A stretch of 64,000 nt of DNA from Flectonema sp. DT1601 (taxonomy: Eukaryota): positions 434,001-498,000 of the forward strand of contig OZ025799.1 of NCBI GenBank assembly GCA_964019425.1, in the 5' to 3' direction. This document shows positions 33,611 through 46,790 of this stretch, piece after piece (position 1 is the stretch's first letter; the number at the start of each line of letters is the position of its first letter). Both the position numbers and the translations under genes were made by a program. The notes beneath the pieces are model-generated. The model was not told where the DNA came from. It worked only from the letters and a program-made list of their open reading frames with translations, and ran no database searches.

Positions 33611-36600
33611 TCACACTTTTGCGACGACAGAATCCGCTGTTGGAGACATTTTCATGTCGTATTGTTCAGTTGTGTTCGCAAGCTCATGAAACCCTTCCAT
33701 ATCAGTAAGAAAGTCATCAAGTTTCTGATCGCTTTGCTTCCTCCTATGAACAATAAAGATACCAGCCCCAAGACAAACAACTCCAAGACAACCCAACAAA
33801 ATCCATAACCAAGTCAAACTAGATTCATCATCATTATCATCTTTCTTAGTTGGTTCTGGAACGATACCAGCAGCTGCTCTGCTCGCAATCAACTCGTTGT
33901 TGGAATCAGTGAGAATTAATGAATAGCCCTCATTGTTGGTACTGAATGATCCCATCGAAGGTTTTTTCTTTTCATCAGAGACGGCCATGGAAAGTTCACT
34001 ATTAAAGGAATCGATATCCGCAGTCAAACCAGCAGCAGTGTAATCAAAGTAGATACCATCATCACCAGTTTGCGCCTCGTTCAAGGTCTGCGACAGAGTG
34101 CTGACTGAACGGCCCTGGCTAGCAATTTCCGAAGGGATTGGAGAAATATCGACATTCCATGCAGCTTTCAAGGTGAACTGCCAATTATTAATTGTTGAAT
34201 TAGGCGCAACATTATTACCCGACACTAGCGCCCCCATGTACTTCACAACCACAACAACCTTTCCTGCGCGGAATGTTTTCGAAGCAGCCAACAGTGACAT
34301 TCTGAACTTACGAACCATTCTCAACGGACTCCTTGATGCCGATCCCCAACTTCCACGAAAGCTAAGACGGAATCTTTTACTCTCCCCACCAGACGGGATC
34401 TCTGGGTCCAAAGGAGCACTGCCAGTGCAGGCAAGACCTTTCGTCTCACAACATCTGCCCTGCTCAGCTGTCGACAAAGTGCTTTGATCAGCTGTACAGT
34501 CCGTTTGACAACCAATGTCTTGTTCATTACAGCAATAAGTCTTTCTCTCTGCTGTCCACTCAGAAGTAGTGTCGAAGCAGTCAAAGTCATTTGCGTTGGC
34601 TTTGCAGCTAATTCCTTCATACAGACAGCAGTACTTGCGGCGGTCTTCCGGCCATGTCTTTCTCTCAGCAGCCTTTTTCTGACACTCAAACATGCAACCT
34701 CTGTTCTTATTAGCACAACACCAAGAACGCTGTCCACCAGTGTATGATGAAACGTCATCCGGGCAAGTAAACGGATCCTTTGGAGGACATCTGACACCCT
34801 TGTTAGAACAACACCAGTTTCTTTGATTATCACTCCAAGGTGAAGTAGTCTTGTTGTTCCACATGCAGTCATAGCCATTGTTGGTTGTGCATCCCTTGTC
34901 TTTAGTTTTACAGCAATATTCTGATTGTTGAGATGTCCAAGATGTAGTCACTCCGCGACAGTCAAACCCAACTGGGCAACCCACCTGTCTGTTTTCGCAG
35001 CACCATTTTCTCTTTGCAAACTCCCAGTTGATTGACTCACTTCCGTCCAAACAGTCGTACTCACCAGCAGGCTTTGGACAACCCTTTCCTGTGGAGTTGC
35101 AACAGTACGTCCTCTGCTCACCAGACCATTGTTCCACAGGCATGTCGTCAAGGCAATCATAACTGACGCAACCAACACCCGCAACAGTACAGCAATCTCT
35201 CATTTCATCAGCAGTCCACGAAGACTTATCAGAAACATCACAAGTCAGAGTAAAGGTTTCACAAGTAGGTCTGCAATCATTACCGAATGTTGTCTCACCA
35301 GTCACTTTGTCACAAAACCCCGAAGCGGTGCAGCCGGTGCACTTCGAACCAGCCGGACAGCCACCATTCGGTGCGCAAAATTGAACTTCAGCAGGAGGCC
35401 AAGAGAAATCGGAACATTTGTTCTCAACACACTCCCCGTTTGGACCACACACTTTACTCTGTTGCTCGCAGGTGGCCGGGTTGCAGCTCGACGGAATCGG
35501 TGGGTCAACACACTGGGGCATGTTGTTTTGTAATTCACACTTTTTCGGGGCAATGCAGTTCTCGAGGTTCTTCTGCCTTCTAGCAACAGTGCACGCATCA
35601 AGATCTACACAAGCAACTCCAGTAGCGGCGTTGTAACTGCATTGCTGTGTTGGTGAACAAGCAGCACACGGATCAGTCACAACAGGTTCGCAGGTGTGGT
35701 TGGTACCTTCCAAGACGCATATCGTCGTATCAGGGCAAGGATTTGGCTGTATTATGTTATTAATGAATTACCTTCTGGCAAACCATCAACTGCCAGTCGT
35801 TTTCCAAGAATGACAAAAAAAAATAAACCAAGCTGTCGGGAAACAACAGGAATCCCCAACACAAACTTGTCCGCCGACGTAAAGGCAGATACCTTCCCAC
35901 AGGATGTTCTCTTAGATACGATTGAGAAAAACAATTCAACTAATAAAACACACACCTCACAAGGATCGACAGCAACGGCTTCACATGCAGGTCCAGTGGC
36001 CGTAATCTTACAAGACTTGCCACTACCACAATTCTTGAAAGCACATCCATTAGTAACACAAGTAAACTGACCTGATGTTTGACTTTCTACACAAATCTGA
36101 CCTTTCAGACACGCACATCCAGGACGAGGAACCGGCGTTGGCACGGCAGTTGGCGCAATTGTTGGAGCAACTGACTGACCAGCGGGGACCGAAGTCACAG
36201 ATGTTGGTGAGGAAGACCCGGCAGGACCAGATGTGCCTGGGGACATTGACTGCCCAGCAGGCAGAGAGGTCGGTGTAGAGGTCGGCACGGATGTCACGGA
36301 ACCAGGAGACATCGACTGGCCAGCAGGTACAGAGGTCACGGAACCAGGTGACATCGACTGGCCAGCAGGCAGAGAGGTCGGTATAGAGGTCGGCACGGAT
36401 GTCACGGAACCAGGTGACATTGACTGGCCAGCAGGTACAGAGGTCACGGATCCAGGAGACATCGACTGGCCAGCAGGCAGAGAGGTCGGTGTAGAGGTCG
36501 GCACGGATGTCACGGAACCAGGTGACATTGACTGGCCAGCAGGTACGGAGGTCACGGATCCAGGAGACATTGACTGGCCAGCAGGTACAGAGGTCACGGA

Positions 36601-37419
36601 ACCAGGTGACATCGACTGGCCAGCAGGTACAGAGGTCACGGAACCAGGAGACATCGACTGGCCAGCAGGTACAGAAGTCGGCACGGAAGTCGGTACGGAA
36701 GTCGGTACGGAAGTCGGTACGGAAGTCGGTACGGAAGTCGGTACGGAAGTCGGCACGGAAGTCGGTACGGAAGTCGGCACGGAACCAGGAGACATCGACT
36801 GGCCAGCAGGTACAGAGGTCGGCACGGAAGTCGGCACGGAAGTCGGTACGGAAGTCGGCACGGAACCAGGAGACATCGACTGGCCAGCAGGTACAGAGGT
36901 CGGCACGGAAGTCGGTACGGAAGTCGGTACGAAAGTTGGCACGGAAGTCGGCACGGAAGTCGGCACGGAAGTCGGCACGGAAGTCGGCACGGAAGTCGGC
37001 ACGGAAGTCGGCACGGAAGTCGGTACGGAAGTCGGCACAGAAGTTGGTATGTTCGGAATACACTGTGATTCTCCAACAGTTGTGTTCATAAAGCAATGTT
37101 CACCAACAACACACTGTACCAATTCACATGTCTCCATACAACTATAGTCGCTGTACTTTGTAATGTATTCACATTTAGTATAAGGTTGACAAGGCTGACC
37201 ACAGCTGGTAGGTGGGGTCGTTGCGGTACAGTTACCAGCGCCGGTTTGGTCTGGTGTGCAGGTTTCCCCCGACTTGCAAACTTTGATAGCGCAAGTTTCC
37301 CTACACCGGAAAATTCCTGAAATAACTTCACCGCAGACAGTGTCTGTTGGACATGTTCCACATTGAGCTGAAATTCCCAAAAACTGCGCCACTAGCACTA
37401 TGGCGAAAATCAGACGCAT
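33611..37419 (-). CDS. Cys-rich/mucin type I membrane protein 'A', copy 1; exons 37419-35956 and 35746-33611, 1199 aa
   Basis: Signal peptide, Cys-rich modules, PTSV/PAGQSMSPG repeat stalk, repeated YDC...W.....CC....GC modules, TM segment and short tail. The GT-AG intron 35955-35747 joins DPCE|PNPCPDTTIC in frame. Confidence 0.88.
36235..37050. repeat. Coding minisatellite of 12-bp (PTSV) and 42-bp (PAGQSMSPGSVTSV) units
   Basis: GGAAGTCGG(C/T)AC and GGAACCAGG(A/T)GACAT(C/T)GACTGGCCAGCAGGTAC(A/G)GAGGTCAC arrays are directly visible. Confidence 0.95.
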
Positions 37420-38527
37420 TTTTATGAGTGACTTATGAGTCTTTATGAGTAAACTGTATTTGTTTGGAGTTATAGATAAATAGGTTCGTTACGTAACTGG
37501 TTCAGCACTTTGTTTTAATTAATACGGTCGTGTGATGTATCATGTTTTCAGGGGAATATAATAAATCTTGTACACGACAGTAAACGATAAGAAAAAGGGA
37601 GGACTACACAGAGAATTAATCCCTTGTAAAAAAAGACTCAATGGTAATTAGGTAATTCACATTTGGTGTTTATTCTCAACAGTACAATGAAGTATGCAAT
37701 GCACTGAGTTAGTGGGTTTATTGGGTATCCCGCTTAAGATGATCTGAAGTGTGAACAATAACAAAAAGTCAATGATAAGTAATTACCTCCATGGAGGGGA
37801 CAAACCATCACAACACCAACACCAAGTATCATAAACACAAGAAAAGCTGAACGTGGGATAGCTACGATATGAGTAGAAGTAATACCAAAAAAAGGGTACA
37901 GACAAAATAATGTCCATCGGGAAGTTGATTTACCATTTAGAGAGGAAGATGGGAGGCAAACCCTCGTAAACGAAAAACGAATCATCGAAACAAGCTGACA
38001 AATATTTGATTCGGGACAAACCTTTTATTTTTTTATTTTTTTTTATTTGTCAGAATGTGCGGACGGTCGTACAAAAACACGAGAGCATGCCTGCACAGAA
38101 TAGAGAGAAACCCAACAGTAGTTTACAAGGATTTTTTGTGAGGTATTCGTAACTACAAAAAAAACAGTTTTGCCTGATCAAAACCTCGCTTGAAGGTAGG
38201 CAACGATGGGCTACAAACTTCGAGACCTATCAGCTAACTGAATATTGTCCAAGAAAATACAACTAACTCGACGGGTTGAATGCGACGTCATAAGTCCTCA
38301 CTATTGGTAAGTCAGCTATCTCTCTTAGTAGAGCGCCATCATGTATGAAGCTTTATTATATTACTACACAATGCTACATCACAAAAATGTTGTGCTAAAG
38401 TTGATTTCAAAGCGTGAATTTCCGGTTCGGTTTGTGACATTTTTTTTTTTTTAAACAACACTTTCAAAGGTTCCAAACTAAACAAAACACCATTGTGAAA
38501 TAAGATTGATTTATCAAAATATGAACT

Positions 38528-39676
38528 CTACAATCGATGAATAGTATTTGGCATCACGATAGCATCATTATTAGTTTTCGAAAACGTACTTGGAGAGTTA
38601 TTAATTTCGTTGAGGCTCATTTCTTCATCTTCCATGTTTGAAACAAAGCGAAAGCTTCGCGTATCTCCCTGCTGTTTTCTCTTAAAGTAGAAATACGCAC
38701 CAACACCACCGCCAATGAGAGCGACTCCCAAAACTGTCAACAAAATCCAAAGCCAAGTCAGGGAGTCACTACTATCGCCAGACCCCTTTTCCGTAGATGA
38801 GTTTAGATCGTCACCAGGGACAGGAGAAGCTGTTGGAGTTTTTGGCGATTGCGTTGGTGGAGTACCTGCAGTAGGTGGAGTCACAGTTGAAGGTGGAGTG
38901 TTTGGGATCTTAGTTGGAACCTGAGGAGGTGGAGTGCTCGGGATCTGAGGAGGTGGGATGGGTTTGATACATTTTGTAACGCCATTCACTGTGTCCATTT
39001 CACATAACTCACCAGTTTTGCATGTTTTCGATACCAAATCACAAGTTTCCATACAAATGTATTTATTAGTACTTGTCACCAACTGACAACTAGTGTGATT
39101 CTGACAGCCTGGGTTACAAGTTGAAGGAGTATTAGCTCCAATACATTCAGCTATACCATCTACATCAGTGATACATTTGGTTTGTGCAGGGCAGTTTTTA
39201 ATTGCACAGGTTTCAACACAGCGATGCAGTACACCAACAGGTCGACAAACCGTATCGGCGGGGCAAGTTCCACATTCCGTGGAAACCGGGATAGGTGTCG
39301 AATCATTTTTACATTGAGCTTCCCCGACAGTAGTGTTCATAAAACAATTTAGTCCCGCAGGACATTGAACCAGTTCACACGTTTCCATACAAGAATATGC
39401 ATCCCTCTTGGTAATAAATTCACATTGTGTATAGTCTGGACACGGACTACAGTGATCTGTCGATCCAACACAATCAGCAATATTAGTAACAGTGTTGGTT
39501 TCACAAGTAGTTCCCATAGGACACACCTTCAACGCACATGTTTCGGTACATCTGTATATGCTCGGGTTTTGGTTTATTTCACTGCATTGTGTGTCAGCTG
39601 GACAAGTAGTCGTACATTGTGCTGTTGCTATTGTAATACAACCAAGAACCGTAATAACCTTTGTGATTGTAAGCAT
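38528..39676 (-). CDS. Cys-rich type I membrane protein 'B', copy 1, 382 aa
   Basis: Signal peptide, Cys modules homologous to the gene A N-terminus (C.ETC...C), Pro/Thr stalk, TM segment WLWILLTVLGVALIGGGVGAYFYF and a cytoplasmic tail. Confidence 0.85.
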   Translation of the reverse strand: MLTITKVITVLGCITIATAQCTTTCPADTQCSEINQNPSIYRCTETCALKVCPMGTTCETNTVTNIADCVGSTDHCSPCPDYTQCEFITKRDAYSCMETCELVQCPAGLNCFMNTTVGEAQCKNDSTPIPVSTECGTCPADTVCRPVGVLHRCVETCAIKNCPAQTKCITDVDGIAECIGANTPSTCNPGCQNHTSCQLVTSTNKYICMETCDLVSKTCKTGELCEMDTVNGVTKCIKPIPPPQIPSTPPPQVPTKIPNTPPSTVTPPTAGTPPTQSPKTPTASPVPGDDLNSSTEKGSGDSSDSLTWLWILLTVLGVALIGGGVGAYFYFKRKQQGDTRSFRFVSNMEDEEMSLNEINNSPSTFSKTNNDAIVMPNTIHRL

Positions 39677-40802
39677 TTTGTGGGTACAAAACCTAGCGTA
39701 GGGGTGAAATAAAAAATATATCCCGTACTCATATTACATATCCAATGACGGGAGAACGGCAGCTGTCGTCTGGCCTGCCATCTATCAATATACTTTTGGT
39801 GTCGTGCGGATTAGTTGCTGCCAATGCACAAGTCAGCTTATGCGACTACCTTATTGCAGTTGATAATTCTGGTTGGCCAATCTGAAAAGATGCAGAATTA
39901 AGAAGACTTTTAAAAAAAAAAGGGAAACTCAGCACTTTACACTGACTGACAGTGTAGTGGTCAGAGCAAGAATATTTCTTCTCATTTAAAAGAGAGTTAT
40001 TTGCAATTAGTGAATGCTAAAAAAAACAACTGACGAAACTTCGAGAAGTGCGGCCAGCCGAGAAGCATTCAACGTTACTACAATTCTTTTTTAAAGAAAA
40101 ACAAAATGAGCTCAATATTCAATTCTTGGTTCTTAGGTGCCTGCTGCTTTATGTTTTTTTTTTTTTTTTTTTTGTAACCTTTCGTCTGCTCATCACATGC
40201 GAAACAAGCAATCAGACGACAATACATAACAGAAGAGAAACTGCACAAACACAGCATCTCTTTGTGTCTATAACAAAATTGTTGAAGGGAGGCTAATTCT
40301 TTTAAAGAATAATTTCTTAAAAATTCCTTTTTTTTTTTGTCTTCCACCAAACAAATGTGAAGAATGTGAAATAATTTTGAAAACACGCGACAGCACACAA
40401 ATAAAATTACGAGAGAACCACATCAAAACAAGTTCTCACTGTGAAATTACCATGGCCTCAGCGTGTTTCGAAAGGGGACAATGAGAAATGTGGATATCAA
40501 TAACAGCGTGCTAGTAGCGGAATTCAATTGGAGTGCGGCTACAAGCAAGCGGTTGACCTCAGTACTTCATTAGCATGAGATGTTAATTAAAAAAAGTTTT
40601 TAAAAAAATATATACTCTTCAGTTACATAGTTCGTGTTGCAGTCGTTGGCTCAGATGCAACAACCTAATTTCTATTTTTATCAAATGGCGTACAACTAAA
40701 ATGTTTTTTTTATGTGATTCATTTGCTGTTCACTTCTACCCATCGCACCGACGAAAAGTTTTAACTTCCTCTCTTTACAACTTCTTACGTTCTCTGAGCT
40801 CA

Positions 40803-43800
40803 TCACACTTTTGCGACGACAGAATCCGCTGTTGGAGACATTTTCATGTCGTATTGTTCAGTTGTGTTCGCAAGCTCATGAAACCCTTCCACATCAGTAA
40901 GAAAGTCATCAAGTTTCTGTTCATTTTGCTTCCTCCTATGAACAATAAAGATACCAGCCCCAAGACAAACAACTCCAAGACAACCCAACAAAATCCATAA
41001 CCAAGTCAAACTAGATTCATCATCATTATCATCTTTCTTAGTTGGTTCTGGAACGATACCAGCAGCTGCTCTGCTCGCAATCAACTCGTTGTTGGAATCA
41101 GTGAGAATTAATGAATAGCCCTCATTGTTGGTACTGAATGATCCCATCGAAGGTTTTTTCTTTTCATCAGAGACGGCCATGGAAAGTTCACTATTAAAGG
41201 AATCGATATCCGCAGTCAAACCAGCAGCAGTGTAATCAAAGTAGATACCATCATCACCAGTTTGCGCCTCGTTCAAGGTCTGCGACAGAGTGCTGACTGA
41301 ACGGCCCTGGCTAGCAATTTCCGAAGGGATTGGAGAAATATCGACATTCCATGCAGCTTTCAAGGTGAACTGCCAATTATTAATTGTTGAATTAGGCGCA
41401 ACATTATTACCCGACACTAGCGCCCCCATGTACTTCACAACCACAACAACCTTTCCTGCGCGGAATGTTTTCGAAGCAGCCAACAGTGACATTCTGAACT
41501 TACGAACCATTCTCAACGGACTCCTTGATGCCGATCCCCAACTTCCACGAAAGCTAAGACGGAATCTTTTACTCTCCCCACCAGACGGGATCTCTGGGTC
41601 CAAAGGAGCACTGCCAGTGCAGGCAAGACCTTTCGTCTCACAACATCTGCCCTGCTCAGCTGTCGACAAAGTGCTTTGATCAGCTGTACAGTCCGTTTGA
41701 CAACCAATGTCTTGTTCATTACAGCAATAAGTCTTTCTCTCTGCTGTCCACTCAGAAGTAGTGTCGAAGCAGTCAAAGTCATTTGCGTTGGCTTTGCAGC
41801 TAATTCCTTCATACAGACAGCAGTACTTGCGGCGGTCTTCCGGCCATGTCTTTCTCTCAGCAGCCTTTTTCTGACACTCAAACATGCAACCTCTGTTCTT
41901 ATTAGCACAACACCAAGAACGCTGTCCACCAGTGTATGATGAAACGTCATCCGGGCAAGTAAACGGATCCTTTGGAGGACATCTGACACCCTTGTTAGAA
42001 CAACACCAGTTTCTTTGATTATCACTCCAAGGTGAAGTAGTCTTGTTGTTCCACATGCAGTCATAGCCATTGTTGGTTGTGCATCCCTTGTCTTTAGTTT
42101 TACAGCAATATTCTGATTGTTGAGATGTCCAAGATGTAGTCACTCCGCGACAGTCAAACCCAACTGGGCAACCCACCTGTCTGTTTTCGCAGCACCATTT
42201 TCTCTTTGCAAACTCCCAGTTGATTGACTCACTTCCGTCCAAACAGTCGTACTCACCAGCAGGCTTTGGACAACCCTTTCCTGTGGAGTTGCAACAGTAC
42301 GTCCTCTGCTCACCAGACCATTGTTCCACAGGCATGTCGTCAAGGCAATCATAACTGACGCAACCAACACCCGCAACAGTACAGCAATCTCTCATTTCAT
42401 CAGCAGTCCACGAAGACTTATCAGAAACATCACAAGTCAGAGTAAAGGTTTCACAAGTAGGTCTGCAATCATTACCGAATGTTGTCTCACCAGTCACTTT
42501 GTCACAAAACCCCGAAGCGGTGCAGCCGGTGCACTTCGAACCAGCCGGACAGCCACCATTCGGTGCGCAAAATTGAACTTCAGCAGGAGGCCAAGAGAAA
42601 TCGGAACATTTGTTCTCAACACACTCCCCGTTTGGACCACACACTTTACTCTGTTGCTCGCAGGTGGCCGGGTTGCAGCTCGACGGAATCGGTGGGTCAA
42701 CACACTGGGGCATGTTGTTTTGTAATTCACACTTTTTCGGGGCAATGCAGTTCTCGAGGTTCTTCTGCCTTCTAGCAACAGTGCACGCATCAAGATCTAC
42801 ACAAGCAACTCCAGTAGCGGCGTTGTAACTGCATTGCTGTGTTGGTGAACAAGCAGCACACGGATCAGTCACAACAGGTTCGCAGGTGTGGTTGGTACCT
42901 TCCAAGACGCATATCGTCGTATCAGGGCAAGGATTTGGCTGTATTATGTTATTAATGAATTACCTTCTGGCAAACCATCAACTGCCAGTCGTTTTCCAAG
43001 AATGACAAAAAAAAATAAACCAAGCTGTCGGGAAACAACAGGAATCCCCAACACAAACTTGTCCGCCGACGTAAAGGCAGATACCTTCCCACAGGATGTT
43101 CTCTTAGATACGATTGAGAAAAACAATTCAACTAATAAAACACACACCTCACAAGGATCGACAGCAACGGCTTCACATGCAGGTCCAGTGGCCGTAATCT
43201 TACAAGACTTGCCACTACCACAATTCTTGAAAGCACATCCATTAGTAACACAAGTAAACTGACCTGATGTTTGACTTTCTACACAAATCTGACCTTTCAG
43301 ACACGCACATCCAGGACGAGGAACCGGCGTTGGCACGGCAGTTGGCGCAATTGTTGGAGCAACTGACTGACCAGCGGGGACCGAAGTCACAGATGTTGGT
43401 GAGGAAGACCCGGCAGGACCAGATGTGCCTGGGGACATTGACTGCCCAGCAGGCAGAGAGGTCGGTGTAGAGGTCGGCACGGATGTCACGGAACCAGGAG
43501 ACATCGACTGGCCAGCAGGTACGGAGGTCACGGAACCAGGAGACATCGACTGGCCAGCAGGTACGGAGGTCACGGAACCAGGAGACATCGACTGGCCAGC
43601 AGGTACGGAGGTCACGGAACCAGGAGACATTGACTGGCCAGCAGGTACGGAGGTCACGGTACCAGGAGACATCGACTGGCCAGCAGGCAGAGAGGTCGGT
43701 GTAGAGGTCGGCACAGAAGTTGTTACGTTCGGAATACACTGTGATTCTCCAACAGTTGTGTTCATAAAGCAATGTTCACCAACAACACACTGTACCAATT

Positions 43801-44095
43801 CACATGTCTCCATACAACTATAGTCGCTGTACTTTGTAATGTATTCACATTTAGTATAAGGTTGACAAGGCTGACCACAGCTGGTAGGTGGGGTCGTTGC
43901 GGTACAGTTACCAGCGCCGGTTTGGTCTGGTGTGCAGGTTTCCCCCGACTTGCAAACTTTGATAGCGCAAGTTTCCCTACACCGGAAAATTCCTGAAATA
44001 ACTTCACCGCAGACAGTGTCTGTTGGACATGTTCCACATTGAGCTGAAATTCCCAAAAACTGCGCCACTAGCACTATGGCGAAAATCAGACGCAT
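40803..44095 (-). CDS. Cys-rich/mucin membrane protein 'A', copy 2; exons 44095-43148 and 42938-40803, 1027 aa
   Basis: Near-identical to copy 1, with the repeat stalk 516 nt shorter and the same intron (43147-42939). Confidence 0.88.
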
Positions 44096-45150
44096 TTTTA
44101 TGAGTGACTTATGAGTCTTTATGAGTAAACTGTATTTGTTTGGAGTTATAGATAAATAGGTTCGTTACGTAACTGGTTCAGCACTTTGTTTTAATTAATA
44201 CGGTCGTGTGATGTATCATGTTTTCAGGGGAATATAATAAATCTTGTACACGACAGTAAACGATAAGAAAAAGGGAGGACTACGAATCTACAACAGAACA
44301 CAGAGAATTAATCCCTTGTAAAAACAGACAAAATAATGTCCATCGGGAAGTTGATTTACCATTTAGAGAGGAAGATGGGAGGCAAACCCTCGTAAACGAG
44401 AAACGAATCATCGAAACAAGCTAATAAATATTTGATTCGGGACAAACCTTTTATTTTGTCAGAATGTGCGGATGGTCGTAAAAAAACACGAGAGCATGCC
44501 TGCACGGAGAGAGCATGCCTGCACAGAGAGCAATTACTATAAAAAGGACTTCTTCTCGAGGAATTAATCTCGTGAGGAAATATTGTTGTGAATGGATTTT
44601 TCCTCACAATATTGCTAGCAAATAAAATTGTTAGCAAGGATAACCTGATGTTATGATTAAATAAAAAGCAAAAATAAAGACAAAAGGCTAAGACAAAATA
44701 TAGGTTTAGCCCAAACCCTGGTTGCAATGAAAAGAGACCAACAGTTGGTATCGATAAAACCCCTTATGTGCTGGGGATTCGGAAATCACGTACTGCAGGT
44801 TGGGTGGTTAGTATTAATTGTTATCAGAAAATAAAATTCGTAGGACAACAAACAGACAATGGTAGCTAGTTGGTTATGTAATCCAACATTGCTGTATAGC
44901 ATCAGTACTCTTGGAGGGTAACTCACAGCATCAGAGGACCCAATCCGAAGACTCAGTATGAATTGCTGAATTAGCTACAACTATCGGACCTATCAGCTAA
45001 CTGAATATTGTCTAAGAAAATACAACTAACTCGACGGGTTGAATGCGACGTCATAAGTCCTCACTATTGGTAAGTCAGCTATCTCTCTTAGCAGAGCGCC
45101 ATCATGTATGAAGCTTTATTATATTACTTTTCAAGATGCTAAAGTTAATT

Positions 45151-46236
45151 TTAAAATTCATGGTCTGGTTTGTGAGATGTTTTACAACACTTCCGAAATT
45201 TCGAACCAAATAGAACACCATTGTGAAATAAAATAAATATGAAAAATATTCCGACAACTGCCAACAAAATCCAAAGTAAAGTCAGGGAGTCACTACTATC
45301 AGACCCCTTTTCTGTAGATGAGTCTACATCGTCACCAGGGACAGGAGAACTAGTAACTCTGGTAGCTTGTGGCAATTGCGTTGGTGGAGTACCCAGAGGA
45401 GGTGGAGTCACAGTTGAAGGCGGAGTGTTTGGGATCCTAGTCGGAACCTGAGGAGGTGGAGTGTTCGGGATTCTAGTCGGGACCTGAGGTGGAGTGTTCG
45501 GGATCTGAGGAGGTGGGATGCCTTTGACACATTTTGTAACGCCATTCACTGTGTCCATTTCACATAACTCACCAGTTTTGCATGTTTTCGATACCAAATC
45601 ACAAGTTTCCATACAAATGTATTTATTAGTACTTGTCACCAACTGACAACTAGTGTGATCCTGACAGCCTGGGTTACAAGTTGAAGGAGTATTAGCTCCA
45701 ATACATTCAGCTATACCATCTACATCAGTGATGCATGTGGTTTGTGCAGGGCAGTTTTTAATTGCACAGGTTTCAACACAGCGATGCAGTACACCAACAG
45801 GTCGACAAACCGTATCGGCGGGGCAAGTTCCACATTCCGTGGAAACCGGGATAGGTGCCGAATCTTCTTTACATTGAGCTTCCCCGACAGTAGTGTTCAT
45901 AAAACAATTTTGTCCCGCAGGACATTGAACCAGTTCACACGTTTCCATACAAGAATGCGTATTCCTGAAGGTAATAAATTCACATTGTGTATAGTCTGGA
46001 CACGGACCACAGTGATCTGTCGATCCAACACAATCAGCAATATTAGTAACAGTGTTGGTTTCACAAGTAGTTCCCATAGGACACACCTTCAACGCACATG
46101 TTTCGGTACATCTGTATATGCTCGGGTTTTGGTTTATTTCACTGCATTGTGTGCCAGCTGGACAAGTAGCCGTACATTGTGCTGTTGCTATTGTAATACA
46201 ACCAAGAACCGTAATAACCTTTGTGATTGTAAGCAT
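45151..46236 (-). CDS. Cys-rich membrane protein 'B', copy 2, with C-terminus replaced after a ~200-bp deletion, 361 aa
   Basis: Colinear with copy 1 up to WILL.V.G, then runs into sequence homologous to the copy-1 3' UTR (TTCATATTT...ATTTCACAATGGTG). Confidence 0.75.
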   Translation of the reverse strand: MLTITKVITVLGCITIATAQCTATCPAGTQCSEINQNPSIYRCTETCALKVCPMGTTCETNTVTNIADCVGSTDHCGPCPDYTQCEFITFRNTHSCMETCELVQCPAGQNCFMNTTVGEAQCKEDSAPIPVSTECGTCPADTVCRPVGVLHRCVETCAIKNCPAQTTCITDVDGIAECIGANTPSTCNPGCQDHTSCQLVTSTNKYICMETCDLVSKTCKTGELCEMDTVNGVTKCVKGIPPPQIPNTPPQVPTRIPNTPPPQVPTRIPNTPPSTVTPPPLGTPPTQLPQATRVTSSPVPGDDVDSSTEKGSDSSDSLTLLWILLAVVGIFFIFILFHNGVLFGSKFRKCCKTSHKPDHEF

Positions 46237-46586
46237 TTTGTGGGTATAAAACCTAGCGTAGGGGTGAAATAAAAAATATATCCCGTACTCATATTACATA
46301 TCCAATGACGGGAGAACGGCAGCTGTCGTCTGGCCTGCCATCTATCAATATACTTTTGGTGTCGTGCGGGTTAGTTGCTGCCAATCCGCTCTAGAGGATA
46401 TTTGAAACAGAAAAACAAAGCTCGCTAACCAATTTGGTAACTGGCGAAAAACCTTCTGTCAATTTAATGATTCAGCTAACAGTACAAAAGGTAAGTATAC
46501 AAGTGACAAATCTGATAAGATACGTCAACCGAAACAGTAAAGTATCGGTAACAGTGTAAATGCTCAAAATAGGTTTACCTGACTAC

Positions 46587-46790
46587 TTAACTGCTAAAGT
46601 AGGTTCCAATTTTCCACCCGACGGCATCACCGACCCCACAACCAGCAGTTGCAGAGATTGACATGAGTGTGATGGACGCAGTTTCAACCGCGGCAAGAGG
46701 TGTCAGTAACCCAACAGTGAATCCTGCAGCACCACCAAACCCAACTCCAACTGCCTTAACTTGCAGCGGCGCGGATTCACCAACAGCCAT
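46587..46790 (-). CDS. Small Gly/Ala-rich hydrophobic peptide (glycine-zipper-like), 67 aa
   Basis: GC-richer ORF in cluster orientation: MAVGESAPLQVKAVGVGFGGAAGFTVG...AGCGVGDAVGWKIG. Confidence 0.5.
   Translation of the reverse strand: MAVGESAPLQVKAVGVGFGGAAGFTVGLLTPLAAVETASITLMSISATAGCGVGDAVGWKIGTYFSS

Larger units (their letters stand above)
32715..46385. repeat. Tandem segmental duplication (about 32715-39825 and 39934-46385) carrying two surface-protein genes
   Basis: Both copies start at ACTTTACACTGACTGACAGTG and end at TTAGTTGCTGCCAAT. The offset is 7192 bp over the 3' exon of gene A. Confidence 0.95.

Noticed and set aside
36050..37147. Long alternative-frame and antisense ORFs over the mucin repeat (also 43242-43823 and 29970-30857)
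   Set aside because: They are by-products of stop-free coding repeats; only one frame has a signal peptide and splices to the TM exon.
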